Assembly: GCA_963842525.1 (NCBI GenBank)
Contig: CAWJGT010000009.1
Span: 192,001-256,000, forward strand
Length of the DNA: 64,000 nt
Origin: an uncultured Holophagales bacterium
GTDB taxonomy: Bacteria; Acidobacteriota; Thermoanaerobaculia; Multivoradales; UBA5704
Direction of reading: 5' to 3'
Position numbers and translations under genes: made by a program. The notes beneath the pieces are model-generated. The model ran no database searches, was not told the DNA's origin, and saw nothing but the letters and a program-made list of their open reading frames with translations. Below are positions 1 to 10,102 of the stretch, in pieces. Position 1 is the stretch's first letter, and every line of letters begins with the position of its first letter.

Positions 1-147
1 ACCGTTCGGAAGTACCTCAGAAACGTTCGGAAGTACCGGAGAAAACTTCTGAAGTCCTGCAGAATTCTTCAGAAGTGCTCTAGAATCCTCCCGGAGCTCC
101 TGAGAACGGCACGGAAGCCCCGGAGAATCGTCCCCAGGCACGCCAAA
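1..147. repeat. Degenerate 21-bp-period tandem array (cut by the window edge)
   Basis: GAAGT/GGAGC/GAAGC motif at 9, 30, 51, 72, 93 and 114; units such as ACCGTTCGGAAGTACCTCAGA and AACGTTCGGAAGTACCGGAGA. Confidence 0.8.
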
Positions 148-164
148 ACCCTCTCCGATCGCCC

Positions 165-320
165 CTGAAACCCGACCCCGCCATCGAGGAGATCCGCGCC
201 GTACGCCACCGGATCTCAGAGGAGCTCGGTCACGACACACAAGCCCTTCTCGACCACTATCGCGAGTTGGAGAAGTTCCATCCCAACAGAGTCCTGCGAC
301 CGTCCGACCATGCCGCTCGT
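165..320 (+). pseudogene. Small hypothetical protein remnant (KPDPAIEEIRAVRHRISEELGHD...)
   Basis: Manual translation resembles the common small DPxxEEIRxxR...GHD proteins; no ATG; runs into the convergent antitoxin gene. Confidence 0.35.
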
Positions 321-574
321 CAGGATAGAACCTCTCTCCTCATCTCTTCGAGGGTCAAGCTCTTGCCCCTCTCAATCTCCGCCCGCGCTTTTTCGATGAG
401 CTCTTGAAACACGCCGCTGGTACTCAAGGCCCAGGACTCAGGATCAACATCCTTCAGCGACACGATGGCAGCAACAGGCTTGCCGGCTGCTGTAAGCACC
501 AGGATCTCATCGTCCAATTCGTCGGCATATGACGACAGCGGGCGGGAGGCTGTCGCAAGCTCGATCTTTTTCAT
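320..574 (-). CDS. Phd/YefM-like antitoxin
   Basis: ILVLTAAGKPVAAIV beta motif; start overlaps the toxin stop. Confidence 0.75.
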   Translation of the reverse strand: MKKIELATASRPLSSYADELDDEILVLTAAGKPVAAIVSLKDVDPESWALSTSGVFQELIEKARAEIERGKSLTLEEMRREVLS

Positions 575-867
575 AACTGCACCTCCTCGCCGTCGATCCA
601 CACGCTGTTCCCCTTCTTCTGCCCGACAGCCAAGACGCGGACTTCCTTCTCTTGTGTCTCTACATCATAGAATACTCTCAGATCACCAACGCGCAGCTCC
701 CACGGTGCGAGAGGGTTGGGCCGCAGGAGCTTGCGGTTCCTCGTTTCGACCGTAGGCTCATGCGACAACTGCTGCTCGATCGTGTCGAGAAGCAGTGCAC
801 GCTGCCGAGCCTCGAGCTGACGGAGTTGCCTCTTCACAGACTCGGCAAAGCGAATTCCGTAGGCCAT
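571..867 (-). CDS. RelE/ParE family toxin
   Basis: WELRVGDLRVFYDV...VLAVGQK signature; 98 aa. Confidence 0.85.
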   Translation of the reverse strand: MAYGIRFAESVKRQLRQLEARQRALLLDTIEQQLSHEPTVETRNRKLLRPNPLAPWELRVGDLRVFYDVETQEKEVRVLAVGQKKGNSVWIDGEEVQL

Positions 868-1124
868 AGCGCCTTCAGAGAGTATCTAGTCGTCTCTCGC
901 CATGGCCACCGAGCTCAAGTGTAGGCGACCGCCGCCAGACGGTCAATCATGGCGCACGGCGCGGCGGGCCTTCTCGCCTGGACCACGGCCGTCCCCTTCC
1001 CCGTCGCCGGCATCGCCTCGGTCCCTTCGGCATCTTTCCGGGAGGACACCAAAGGACCGAACCGTGCGGGTGTACGGGTGTAGGCCCCGTTGACCGTACA
1101 TAGGATTTATGCGACGCTGTATGC

Positions 1125-1331
1125 ATGAGTACGACGCTCGAGATCGACCGGGATCTTCTCGAAGAAGCGGTGCGGGTCACCGGTGCACCCACAAAATCGG
1201 TCGCCGTTCGGCTGGGACTGAAAGCGCTCGTGGATGAGGCTGCCCGACGGAGGTTGGCGGCGCTCCGTGGGAAGATCCCCGAGGTCGAGGTCGCTTCGCG
1301 GCGGCGTCCGATCCGGGATGACGCCCAGTGA
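1125..1331 (+). CDS. vapB: VapB antitoxin
   Basis: MSTTLEIDRDLLEEA...TKS RHH motif; GTGA overlap with the PIN gene. Confidence 0.85.
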   Translation: MSTTLEIDRDLLEEAVRVTGAPTKSVAVRLGLKALVDEAARRRLAALRGKIPEVEVASRRRPIRDDAQ

Positions 1332-1720
1332 TCCTGGTCGACACGTCGGTCTGGGTCGATTTCTTTCGCGGTACAGAACGCGCGGCGGATCTCGCCGAGC
1401 ATCTCGAATCCAACCTGGTCCTGCTTCATCCCTGGGTTCTCGGGGAGCTCATCCTGGGCGGCCTCGGCCCGCGACGGAAATCAGTGATCGCGGACCTGAA
1501 GCGGCTTCCTGCCGCGCCACTTGTCCCAGATGAAGAGGTGCTTGAGCTGATTCTTGTGCGCCAGCTCAGCGGAAGGAGTGTCGGCTGGGTCGATGTTCAC
1601 TTGCTGGCGACTGCACTGGTGGCTGAATGCGGGCTCTGGACGTTCGATGGGAAACTTGGTGCAGTGGCTCGTGGAGCCCCTCCTCCTCCAGGTGCTGTCA
1701 GCGCGGGTTACGAGCTTTGA
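1328..1720 (+). CDS. vapC: VapC PIN-domain toxin
   Basis: MILVDTSVWVDF, GEL, VDVHLLA and LWTFD PIN motifs. Confidence 0.88.
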   Translation: MILVDTSVWVDFFRGTERAADLAEHLESNLVLLHPWVLGELILGGLGPRRKSVIADLKRLPAAPLVPDEEVLELILVRQLSGRSVGWVDVHLLATALVAECGLWTFDGKLGAVARGAPPPPGAVSAGYEL

Positions 1721-1787
1721 ACCTCTGGGGGCCGGCTTCCGGCTGGCCCCGTCATCCCTGAGATGCCGGCCAAAACAGGATTGCTTC

Positions 1788-2042
1788 TTACTCCCCCGGC
1801 TCGCCAAGGTCTTCGAGCCGCAGCCCTCCCCTCTCTTGGAGGCTTTGGCGTGACGCCGCGATATGCTGGAGGAACCTCGGGTCGTGCTCCAACTCATAGT
1901 CCGACCACTCTTCCTCCGATCCGAAGCCGATGAGGATTCCGGCTGGCTTCCCTTCACGGGTGATGACGACCTCCTCTTCCTCCGCCTGACGCAGATATTC
2001 CGCGAAATGTCCTTCGACCTCAGTCAGTGCTACCTTCTTCAT
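1788..2042 (-). CDS. Phd/YefM antitoxin
   Basis: EEEEVVITREGKPAGILIG motif. Confidence 0.85.
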   Translation of the reverse strand: MKKVALTEVEGHFAEYLRQAEEEEVVITREGKPAGILIGFGSEEEWSDYELEHDPRFLQHIAASRQSLQERGGLRLEDLGEPGE

Positions 2043-2275
2043 AGATGCCTGCCTCTCGGAGCCAATGCTCCGCAGAACACGCGAAGCTCGCCGACTCGAA
2101 GACGGTATTGAGGCTGGGTCATTCCCCGGAGCCTCTTGATCCGGCTCTTGCTGAGCTTCATCGGCTCAAAGCGGAGATGAGTCTCCATCGCGTCCCGAAC
2201 CGCCGCCCGATCGTGTGCCTTGAGTCGGCGAAGATCGGCGACTGCCACATGGGAGAGAATGATCTCGTAGCGCAT
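2039..2275 (-). pseudogene. RelE/ParE toxin, apparently deleted near the C-terminus
   Basis: PQYRLRVGELRVF is followed by an atypical short tail lacking the YDV...ILAI strands. Confidence 0.65.
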
Positions 2276-2463
2276 CTCCGGTCCAGCATATCGGGATGAG
2301 AGGAAGACCGGCAAGGTCTGGACAGCCGGCCCCCACCCTCTCCGGAATCCTCCCGAGTTTCGGGGGCGGGCCGGCTCAGGTTTCAACCGGCCGGCTTCAA
2401 CCTTTCAACTGGACGACTTCCAAGGTTGCAATCAGCCGGCTCCGAACCTTACAATCAGACGGC

Positions 2464-3711
2464 ATGGCTGAGGCTTCGCTCTACCCGCGCTTCGTGCAGC
2501 CTCGTCTCGAGGAGGCGCTCGCCGACACGCCGGTGGTGCTGATCCACGGTCCGCGCCAGTGCGGGAAGACGACGCTCGCGCGCCATGTGGGCCTCGGCGA
2601 GGGATATGCCTACATCAGCTTCGACGACGACGTGGCGCTGGCGGCGGCTCAGGCCGATCCAGTGGGCTTCGTGGCCGATTTGTCAGGCCGGACGGTCCTC
2701 GATGAGGTGCAGCGAGCCCCCTGGCTCTTCACTGCCCTCAAGACAGCCGTCGACCGGCAGCGGACGCCGGGCCGATTCATCCTGACGGGCTCGGCGAATG
2801 TCCTCCTCGTGCCGCAACTCGCCGATTCGCTGGCGGGGCGAATGGAGATCTTGCGCCTGCACCCACTGGCGCAGTGCGAGCTCGCCTCCTCGCCTCCGCG
2901 CTTCCTGGACGCATTGTTCGCGCGCGACTTCCCGACCCGGACCAGCTCGCGGCTCGGCCGGGAGCTGGCCGAGCGGATCGTCGCCGGTGGCTATCCCCCG
3001 GCGCTCGCGCGGCCGGCGGCACGGCGGCGCGCGGCGTGGTACCGCGACTACATCGAGACCCTGGTCCAGCGCGACGTGCGTGATCTGGCCCGTATCAGCT
3101 CGCTCGATGCGCTGCCACGGCTCCTGACCCTGGCCGCCGGACAGACGGCCCGGCTCCTGAACGTGTCCGATCTGGCTGCTCCGTTCCAGCTCAGCCGGCC
3201 GACGATCCGCGACTACGTGACGCTCCTCGAACGAGTCTTCCTCCTGGAATCGGTGGCGCCATGGCACAGCAACCGGCTGAGCCGTCTGATCAAGACCCCC
3301 AAGCTGCATCTCGGCGATACAGGATTGGCGGCGGCGCTGCTCGGCGTGGACGCCGAGGCGCTGTCCAAAGATCGGGGATTGCTCGGTCAGCTCCTTGAAA
3401 CCTTCGTCTTTCAGGAGCTGCGCCGCCAAGCGAGCTGGGTCGACATCCCGATCGACTTCTATCATTTCCGTGACAAGGACGGCGCCGAGGTCGATATCGT
3501 GCTGGAGCAGGGCGCGCGCAGGCTGGCGGGCGTGGAGGTGAAGGTGGCAGCCTCCGTGGCCACCGCCGATTTCCGCGGGCTGCGCCAGCTCAAAGACGCC
3601 ACGGGCGAGCGCTTCGCCGCTGGCGTGGTGCTCTATGACGGCGAGGTCACCGCAAGCTTCGGAGATGGGCTCTATGCGGTTCCCATCCGGGCGCTATGGG
3701 AAACAGTATGA
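2464..3711 (+). CDS. AAA_14 ATPase with DUF4143 domain
   Basis: Walker A GPRQCGKTT, LDEVQ, LTGS, GGYP, KTPK and EVD...EVK motifs. Confidence 0.9.
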   Translation: MAEASLYPRFVQPRLEEALADTPVVLIHGPRQCGKTTLARHVGLGEGYAYISFDDDVALAAAQADPVGFVADLSGRTVLDEVQRAPWLFTALKTAVDRQRTPGRFILTGSANVLLVPQLADSLAGRMEILRLHPLAQCELASSPPRFLDALFARDFPTRTSSRLGRELAERIVAGGYPPALARPAARRRAAWYRDYIETLVQRDVRDLARISSLDALPRLLTLAAGQTARLLNVSDLAAPFQLSRPTIRDYVTLLERVFLLESVAPWHSNRLSRLIKTPKLHLGDTGLAAALLGVDAEALSKDRGLLGQLLETFVFQELRRQASWVDIPIDFYHFRDKDGAEVDIVLEQGARRLAGVEVKVAASVATADFRGLRQLKDATGERFAAGVVLYDGEVTASFGDGLYAVPIRALWETV

Positions 3712-3762
3712 GCTCCCTCGGCGGCGAGAATCGAGGGGCTCGAGTGATAGGATGACGAGCCC

Positions 3763-5334
3763 ATGCCGCTGACCCAGTACACGGAGAGTCCGCGCTACCT
3801 GCGTCTGCACGAGGCCGACAACGTGGCCGTCATCGTCAACGACGGAGGCGTTTCGGCTGGCACGGCGTTCGGCGACGGCCTGCGCGTTCGCGACTCGATT
3901 CCGCAATCCCACAAGGTGGCGCTCCGTGCGATCGCCGAGGGCGCGGCAGTGCTGCGTTACGGGCAGGTCATCGGCGCGGCGCGGCGCGCCATCCCCGAAG
4001 GGAGCTGGGTCCAGGAGAGCGACCTCGTCATGCCGACGCCGCCGGCGCTCGACTCGCTGCCGCGGTGCACCGACGTGCCGCCCGACGCTCCGCCCCTCGA
4101 GGGGTACACCTTCGAGGGCTACAAGAACGCCGACGGGAGCGTCGGCACCCGCAACCTCCTCGGCATCACGACGACCGTGCAGTGCGTTACGGGTGTGCTG
4201 GACCACGCCGTCAAGAGGATCCGCGACGAGGTCCTGCCGCGGTACCCGAACGTCGACGACGTGGTCGCCCTGAGCCACGACTTCGGCTGTGGGGTCGCGT
4301 TCGACACGCCCGACGTCGAGATCCCGGTCCGCACGGTGCGCAACCTCGCTCGCAACCCGAACCTGGGCGGCCAAGCCCTGGTCGTCGGCCTGGGATGCGA
4401 GATGTTGCAGCCCGCGCAGATCATCGCCGATACCGCCGAGCAAGATGCTGGAGGTAGCGGCCTCGATCTTCAGGAACCCTGGCTCTACCGGCTTCAGGAT
4501 TCCCACCACGGCTTCCGCGAGATGATCGAGCAGATCATGGCACTGGCCGAGCGGCGCCTGCAGGAGCTCGACCAGCGGCGGCGCGAGACCTGCCCGGCCT
4601 CCGCCCTGGTACTGGGAATGCAATGTGGTGGCAGCGATGCCTTCTCCGGCATCACGGCGAACCCGGCCCTCGGCTTCGCCTCCGACTTGCTGGTGCGCGC
4701 CGGCGCGACAGTGATGTTCTCCGAGGTCACCGAGGTCCGCGACGCCGTGCACCTGCTCAGCGCCCGCGCCAAGGATGAGGAGGTGGCGCAGGCCCTGATC
4801 CGCGAGATGGACTGGTACGACCGCTACCTGGAGCGTGGCCACAGTGACCGCAGCGCGAACACCTCGCCGGGCAATAAGGCCGGCGGCCTGTCCAACATCG
4901 TGGAGAAGGCACTCGGCGCCACCGCCAAGTCCGGCCGATCGGCGATCAGCGGCGTGATCGGCCCGGGCGAACGCGCACAGAGGAAGGGTCTACTGTTCTG
5001 CGCCACCCCGGCCGGCGACTTCGTCTGCGGCACGCTGCAACTGGCTGCCGGCATGAACCTCCACGTGTTCACCACCGGGCGTGGCACGCCCTACGGACTG
5101 GCGATGGCGCCGGTGATCAAGGTCAGCACTCGCACCGAGCTCGCCCAGCGCTGGCCCGACCTGATCGACGTCGACGCGGGCCGGATCGCCAGCGGCCGCA
5201 GCACCGTCGAGGAGATCGGCTGGGAGCTGTTCCATTACTACCTCGACGTCGCTAGCGGGCGGAAGAAGACCTGGACCGAAGTGCACCGGATCCACAACGC
5301 CCTGGCGCTCTTCAACCCGGCGCCGCTTACCTGA
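3763..5334 (+). CDS. garD: Galactarate dehydratase (UxaA/GarD family)
   Basis: N-terminal SAF domain; [28 protein letters not shown] and [10 protein letters not shown] motifs; ends FNPAPLT. Confidence 0.92.
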   Translation: MPLTQYTESPRYLRLHEADNVAVIVNDGGVSAGTAFGDGLRVRDSIPQSHKVALRAIAEGAAVLRYGQVIGAARRAIPEGSWVQESDLVMPTPPALDSLPRCTDVPPDAPPLEGYTFEGYKNADGSVGTRNLLGITTTVQCVTGVLDHAVKRIRDEVLPRYPNVDDVVALSHDFGCGVAFDTPDVEIPVRTVRNLARNPNLGGQALVVGLGCEMLQPAQIIADTAEQDAGGSGLDLQEPWLYRLQDSHHGFREMIEQIMALAERRLQELDQRRRETCPASALVLGMQCGGSDAFSGITANPALGFASDLLVRAGATVMFSEVTEVRDAVHLLSARAKDEEVAQALIREMDWYDRYLERGHSDRSANTSPGNKAGGLSNIVEKALGATAKSGRSAISGVIGPGERAQRKGLLFCATPAGDFVCGTLQLAAGMNLHVFTTGRGTPYGLAMAPVIKVSTRTELAQRWPDLIDVDAGRIASGRSTVEEIGWELFHYYLDVASGRKKTWTEVHRIHNALALFNPAPLT

Positions 5335-5535
5335 GTCTCGCTCGACCTTTCCCGCCGACCAGGGCGAGACGGCGGTCGATCACCTCCCCGATGGGTCCAA
5401 AGAGTGGGATGATGAAGTCCTGGCTGTTCTTCGGGTCGGCCACCTTCCAGACCCTCTCGCCGTTCAATGAGATGACATCCTCGGCGCGGATTCCCGAGGC
5501 TTCCCCCGGTCGGCACATCGAGGCCAGTATCGGGG
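5327..5535 (-). pseudogene. Tyrosine recombinase/integrase fragment
   Basis: [19 protein letters not shown] (box I Arg motif) followed by PKN...IIPL (Lys hairpin); rest of the gene is absent. Confidence 0.55.
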
Positions 5536-5552
5536 AGTAGACGTCTGCAGCC

Positions 5553-5688
5553 TGCTATGCCAGAAGATGTAGCGCAGGATCTCGCCCTCGTTGCCCTGCT
5601 GGCCGGTGGCGACTCCTGCCACGACGATGCTCTGGGCGTCGATCATCTTTCCCATGACGCCGCCGCTGCTGTTGCGAAGAGGACATTC
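5553..5688 (-). pseudogene. Diverged fragment of the L-lactate permease 3' region
   Basis: [21 protein letters not shown]...EGEILRY matches 11623-11744, with substitutions and an internal deletion. Confidence 0.8.
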
Positions 5689-5755
5689 AGCTTGGCCTTC
5701 TGCATCGAGTAGAATGTCGAGAACCTGAGGGCCTGGCCCAGGAAGGAGCGCAGCT

Positions 5756-5920
5756 ATGAAGAAGATCGTCAAGAAGCTGACCCTAAATCGCGAGACCGTC
5801 CGCCAGCTCAATCTCAGGGAGGTGACCAGGATTGCCGGCGGCGCTGATCAGACGAATGAGCCCTTCTGCGTCTCGAACGCCGTGACCTGTGGCGAGGTCC
5901 AGTGCCTCGCGGGCGAATAG
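5756..5920 (+). CDS. Lanthipeptide-like RiPP precursor (54 aa, not in the ORF track)
   Basis: [29 protein letters not shown]|[25 protein letters not shown]; AAGGAG RBS; KKLxLxxET leader, double Gly, 3 Cys and 3 Ser/Thr in the core. Confidence 0.75.
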   Translation: MKKIVKKLTLNRETVRQLNLREVTRIAGGADQTNEPFCVSNAVTCGEVQCLAGE

Positions 5921-6128
5921 GTGGCCGGGGAATAGGTGCTATTTCTTCATATGGCGCCGGAACCACTCGATCGCCTGCGCGTCGCGTTCCGCCAGCCAGC
6001 CGGATAGGTGGTGATCGGCTCCCTGTAATCGGGCCAGATCGTTACGGCCGCCTGGGCGAACCTCCCGGGGGGCAGGTGCCAGCCACTTATTCGGCGCGGG
6101 TCTACCCGATTCAATCCCAGCGCCGGGC

Positions 6129-6461
6129 TCATTGCGCGATCTCTAGGCGGTCGATCTTCTTGCCTTGGAGGACAAAAGCGTAGCGCAGGTTGATGGGGCT
6201 GCCCGGGAAGTTGCCCGAGACCCGGCCCGTGACAATCGTCTTACCGTCCCTCTCTGCGACGTCGAGGATATCGACGATGGGACGATACTTTGCGCTCACT
6301 TCCTCCACCCAGTCGCGGATCGCAGCGATGCCATGCCTTTCCCGCCCTTCGTCCCGAACAACGGCGTCTTCGTTGAAGCAAGCCGCCACGGCATGGGCGT
6401 CTTGGGCATTCGCCCCATCGACATAGGCTGCGACGGGTCCAGGTAGTTTCGTGGTCGACAT
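6129..6461 (-). CDS. SnoaL/NTF2-like protein
   Basis: FNEDAVVRDEG...GIAAIRDW...VSGNFPGSP motif. Confidence 0.85.
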   Translation of the reverse strand: MSTTKLPGPVAAYVDGANAQDAHAVAACFNEDAVVRDEGRERHGIAAIRDWVEEVSAKYRPIVDILDVAERDGKTIVTGRVSGNFPGSPINLRYAFVLQGKKIDRLEIAQ

Positions 6462-7043
6462 ATTGTTTCCTCCCGGTCGTTCGGAGCGGAAGTGCGCTCC
6501 GTTGCATAGACCGAAGGATGGCGCTAAGCTGAAGAAATGACAAGAACGCACGAAAAAGTAAGGTACCCACCTGAAGGTAAGCCTGAAGCGCTGACGCCGG
6601 TGACCGCGGCGGCCGGCGTCGAGCAGGCATTCAAGATGCTGGAGGGACGCTGGAAACTGCTGATCCTGTTCCACCTGTTTGGCGGCAAGGTGTTGCGGTT
6701 CTCGGAGTTGGAGCGCGCCCTACCTGCGATTTCGCAGAAGATGCTCATCCAGCAACTGCGCCAGATGGAGTCAGACGGAATCGTGCGGCGTATAGTTCAT
6801 CACCAGGTGCCGCCGAAGGTGGAATACGGTCTGACTGATTGGGGCCAAGCCTTGTGCCCGGCGCTGGACGCCTTGCTGAAGTGGGCAGCGATGCGCGAGT
6901 GAGGTCTGGCGTGGGACGGCATGGGTAATGTGACGAAATAAAATTATAGCAGCATCACTTATTGCAACGCCATCGCCGGGATCATCCACGGGAAGACATA
7001 GGCCTGAAGGAAGACGAGGACGCCGACCAGGCAGGCGAGCGCG
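6412..7043. repeat. About 630-bp direct repeat, copy 1 (copy 2 at 10989-11621)
   Basis: Near-identical sequence covering the snoaL 5' end, the HxlR gene and the lactate permease 3' end. Confidence 0.9.
6537..6902 (+). CDS. HxlR-family winged-helix regulator (copy 1)
   Basis: [19 protein letters not shown] and PPKVEYGLT motifs. Confidence 0.92.
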   Translation: MTRTHEKVRYPPEGKPEALTPVTAAAGVEQAFKMLEGRWKLLILFHLFGGKVLRFSELERALPAISQKMLIQQLRQMESDGIVRRIVHHQVPPKVEYGLTDWGQALCPALDALLKWAAMRE

Positions 7044-7045
7044 TC

Positions 7046-7453
7046 TCATCCTTGGCGCGGGCGCTGAGCAGGTGCACGGCGTCGCGGCTGCGTGAGACAA
7101 CAGACGTCGCATCGTCTCGGGCTCACGCTCAATCGCTTGAAGCAACGCGCGAGCGGTGCATCGGGAGTGCTGCGACGCTGTTCCCAATCCCGCAGGGTGC
7201 TGATGGGCAGCCTGAAGGCTTCAGCGAACTCGGCCTGTGTCATGCCGAGGCGCTGCCGCAACGCCTTCACGGGGGAGACCCGGCGCATCTTCGCCAACGT
7301 CTCCGGATCGAGCGGCTGGGCATCGGGATCGGAGAGGGCCGCCGCCAGCACCTCCTCGTCCGTCATTGCGTTCACTCGTATCCAGTCGGTCTCGCCGCGA
7401 GGCAGCGCCTCACCAAGCTTCACGGTCACCCGCGTAGTACCGGTCTTGCTCAT
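7046..7453 (-). CDS. BrnA-like/XRE HTH antitoxin, frameshifted near the C-terminus
   Basis: TDW..MTDEE..AAALSDPDAQP, then HTH LGMTQAEFAEAFRLPISTLRDWEQ; the tail ARALLQAIEREPE is in another frame. Confidence 0.8.
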   Translation of the reverse strand: MSKTGTTRVTVKLGEALPRGETDWIRVNAMTDEEVLAAALSDPDAQPLDPETLAKMRRVSPVKALRQRLGMTQAEFAEAFRLPISTLRDWEQRRSTPDAPLARCFKRLSVSPRRCDVCCLTQPRRRAPAQRPRQG

Positions 7454-7680
7454 GTCGTGTAGCCCTCCGGGCGGAGATGATGCGGCACGTCCTGTCACCG
7501 CGCAGAGTCGTGACGACGAACAGGATATTGCCAGCCGCCATACCGATGATCCGTATCCGCTCTTCTCCGTACTCAAACCGAGTGTCGATCTCTTCGAGCC
7601 GGTTTGGGTCCTCAATCGCTGCGATGGAGTCCACGAAGTCGATGCCGTGCCTGCGTCGATTCTCGGCAGCCTTCGCGGCA
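7410..7680 (-). pseudogene. BrnT family toxin lacking its N-terminus, joined in frame to an ATPase fragment
   Basis: KAAENRRRHGIDF...EERIRIIG...RIISARRAT motif. Confidence 0.75.
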
Positions 7681-8330
7681 AATTTTGGAGAAAACGGGAT
7701 GAAGTGGAGGCCCGGCTCGCCGGCCAGTGCGCCGTCGGCCGTGTTGTCCACCAACTCCAGGATCCCTCCTGCGCCCGCGGCTTGGCCACCTGCGAAGCGC
7801 ACCACGCGCACGACGATGGTCTGCCGCACATCTCCGGTTTTTTCTTCGATCGCTTTCAGATTGGAGCCGGCCTCGCGGATGTGCCCGCAGTAGTTGCTCT
7901 TCAAGAAACGCTCCTGATCGAAGGACAGGAGCGCATCCGCCATCGAGAGGAGCCCATACTGCTCGGCCGGCTGGCCCTTCTCCTCCACGGCGATGAAGAT
8001 GCTGGTGACTTTTTCGGCCGTAAGCATGTCGATGATCCCTGGGACGAAGATCTGCTCGCGCGCACACAGAGGGAATCTCGATGAGAGCTGGTCTAGGCTG
8101 TTGAACAAGAGCGTGACCTTCGCGTTGGGGTCGCCATGCTTCATCCGGTGGATGCTCATGAAGACGCGATGGAAAAACTCTTCGGCGGTAATGTACCCTG
8201 GGGGATAAAACAAGATTTCCAGCCTATCCTTGTCCTCTGGCTGCCGCAGACTGCCGTCGAATTTAAGCTCTTGGCCGCGCTCGACGAAGCGGTAGTCGTA
8301 GGTCAGGCTCACCCGCCGGTCGTGGTAGTC
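7681..8330 (-). pseudogene. C-terminal fragment of a RecA/KaiC-like ATPase
   Basis: VTLLFNSLDQL...VTSIFI...LLSMADALLSF...IVVRVVR resembles a KaiC/RAD55 C-terminal half; no Walker A. Confidence 0.45.
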
Positions 8331-8696
8331 GCTCAGGGCGGCGAGACGCGGTTCGAACGGGTGGGTGCCCCAGGACGACGACCGCGGAGTCGACGTCGCC
8401 CGGCCCGAACCACCCGCCGCCCAGCGGCCGGTGAAGGACCGCCGTGTCGAGGCCATCGAGATGCCGCGCAACGCCGGCTTCCAGGTCGGCGGCCTGGACA
8501 CGTCGGCACCAACCCCGCGACGCGCTCCTCGGTGGTCACGGCCGCGAGGGAGAGGGCTGCCAGGAGCAGCAGGCTGACCGCCAGGCCGCGCCGCTGCCTC
8601 CGATTTCGCCAGTCGAGGATCCAGATCATGGAGGAATCATAGACCAGAGGAGAGGGGGCCGGGATTGATAGACTGATCCCACCGAGAGGAGGGACT

Positions 8697-9302
8697 ATGA
8701 GCCGAGAGGACCAGGTCAGGGCGGAGTTGGGCGTCCTCATGGACGAGTACAAGGCCCTGAAGAGCGAGATCGGCACAACGCTGACCACCTCTCGGCAGAT
8801 GATGAGTCTGACCCTGACGGCGGCGGCTGCCCTTCTCGCGGCCACTCCCGCCATCGTCGACCAGGAAAGGTTCGAGATCTTCCTTTTCGCGCCCCTGGTC
8901 TTCTGCGGGCTTGCGCTGACGCAGCTCAGATACGTCTTTCTCGTCCTCGACATGGGTGAGTACCTGCGCCGTTCCCTTGCACCGGAGATTCGCCGGGCGC
9001 TGGGAGATCTCGCCGCGGAGAACCGTGACTTCGAGCACATCCTGGCTTGGGAATCGAAGGGGCCGAGCCTGCTCTTCCGTCAAAGGCGAGCCGTCAGGCT
9101 GCTGTTCTTACCGCTGGCGGGAGCCAACTTCGGGCTTCCGCTCCTCGCAGGTGTGCTGTCCCTCACCGCCTATTTCTATTTCTACTTCGCGCACGAGAGC
9201 GGCAGGCCGCCGGGGTGGATCGTCTGGACGGTCGCCGGGGCGGTCCTCCTTGCGCTCCTGAGCTGTCTCGTGCTGGGCTTCGTAGCGGAAAGAGAACGGT
9301 GA
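8697..9302 (+). CDS. Hypothetical membrane protein (about 4 TM segments)
   Basis: GAGG RBS; EYKALKSEI helix followed by hydrophobic segments. Confidence 0.7.
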   Translation: MSREDQVRAELGVLMDEYKALKSEIGTTLTTSRQMMSLTLTAAAALLAATPAIVDQERFEIFLFAPLVFCGLALTQLRYVFLVLDMGEYLRRSLAPEIRRALGDLAAENRDFEHILAWESKGPSLLFRQRRAVRLLFLPLAGANFGLPLLAGVLSLTAYFYFYFAHESGRPPGWIVWTVAGAVLLALLSCLVLGFVAERER

Positions 9303-9315
9303 GCGCCTTTGACAC

Positions 9316-9360
9316 TTATCGCACCGGCAGTGCTGGGATCATCCATGGAAAGGCATGGCC
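9316..9360 (-). pseudogene. Short remnant of a lactate permease C-terminus
   Basis: Reads AFPWMIPALPVR*, versus [12 protein letters not shown] at 11537. Confidence 0.55.
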
Positions 9361-9409
9361 TCCGAGCCAGCCCAGGAGCGTGATATTCTCAAGCGACGAG
9401 AGAGTTGAT

Positions 9410-9612
9410 GCCTGCCCGCGCGGATGGCCGCGAAGGCCCGAGAGGATATCCGAGCCGGAAGAACCAGGGACCTCGAGATCGACGAGCTGTGAAGTCTCGC
9501 GTCACGGAAGACTTCCTGGCTTTATTTGCGAAGTTTCCCATTGACGTCCGGGCAAGAGCACGCAAGAACTATCGTCTCTGGCAGCAGGACCCGGCACATC
9601 CCAGTCTTCATT
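9410..9612 (+). pseudogene. TA remnant: antitoxin C-terminus plus truncated RelE/HigB-like toxin
   Basis: ARMAAKAREDIRAGRTRDLEIDEL* overlaps VKSRVTEDFLALFAKFP...YRLWQQDPAHPSLH, then similarity ends. Confidence 0.6.
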
Positions 9613-9871
9613 CATTCCCCTCCTCAGTCTCGTCCAGACCTTCCCCACGCCGCGGGGGCATCTCGTTCCTCTCCTCTCCGCGGTTCAGCACACGCGCTGG
9701 GTCCACGGTGCGCGAGGCCGGCAGGGGTCCGTGGTCCGGAGGTAGCTTGCGGCGCGGTGGGGCTTCCGCTCCCGGGCGCTCCCCAAAGGTGGTTACGCGG
9801 GTAACAGTCTCTACGGGGGCTCCGCTCGTTGGGACCTTTACTTCCTTGCACGGCTCTTTCGGATTGGGCAT
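9608..9871 (-). CDS. Small disordered hypothetical protein
   Basis: Strong SD AAGGAGGTG before ATG 9871; 87 aa. Confidence 0.45.
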   Translation of the reverse strand: MPNPKEPCKEVKVPTSGAPVETVTRVTTFGERPGAEAPPRRKLPPDHGPLPASRTVDPARVLNRGEERNEMPPRRGEGLDETEEGNE

Positions 9872-10102
9872 GCCGGAGTCACCTCCTTGCGGTAGGAGTA
9901 TAGCGATCCAGTCCGACTGCGTGCGAACCACGTGCCCAGGAGCCGCTCCTACGTCACGCGTGCCCAGCGCGTCGCCCAGGTGTCCGGCCGGGCCCCCGCG
10001 AGCTCCTGGACGGTCCAGAAGCTGTGGTCGTCGGAGGGATCGACCTGCGTGGCGCTGTAGTCCCCCCAGCGGTTCTTCGTGCCCCCGAAGGTCTTGAAGT
10101 AA

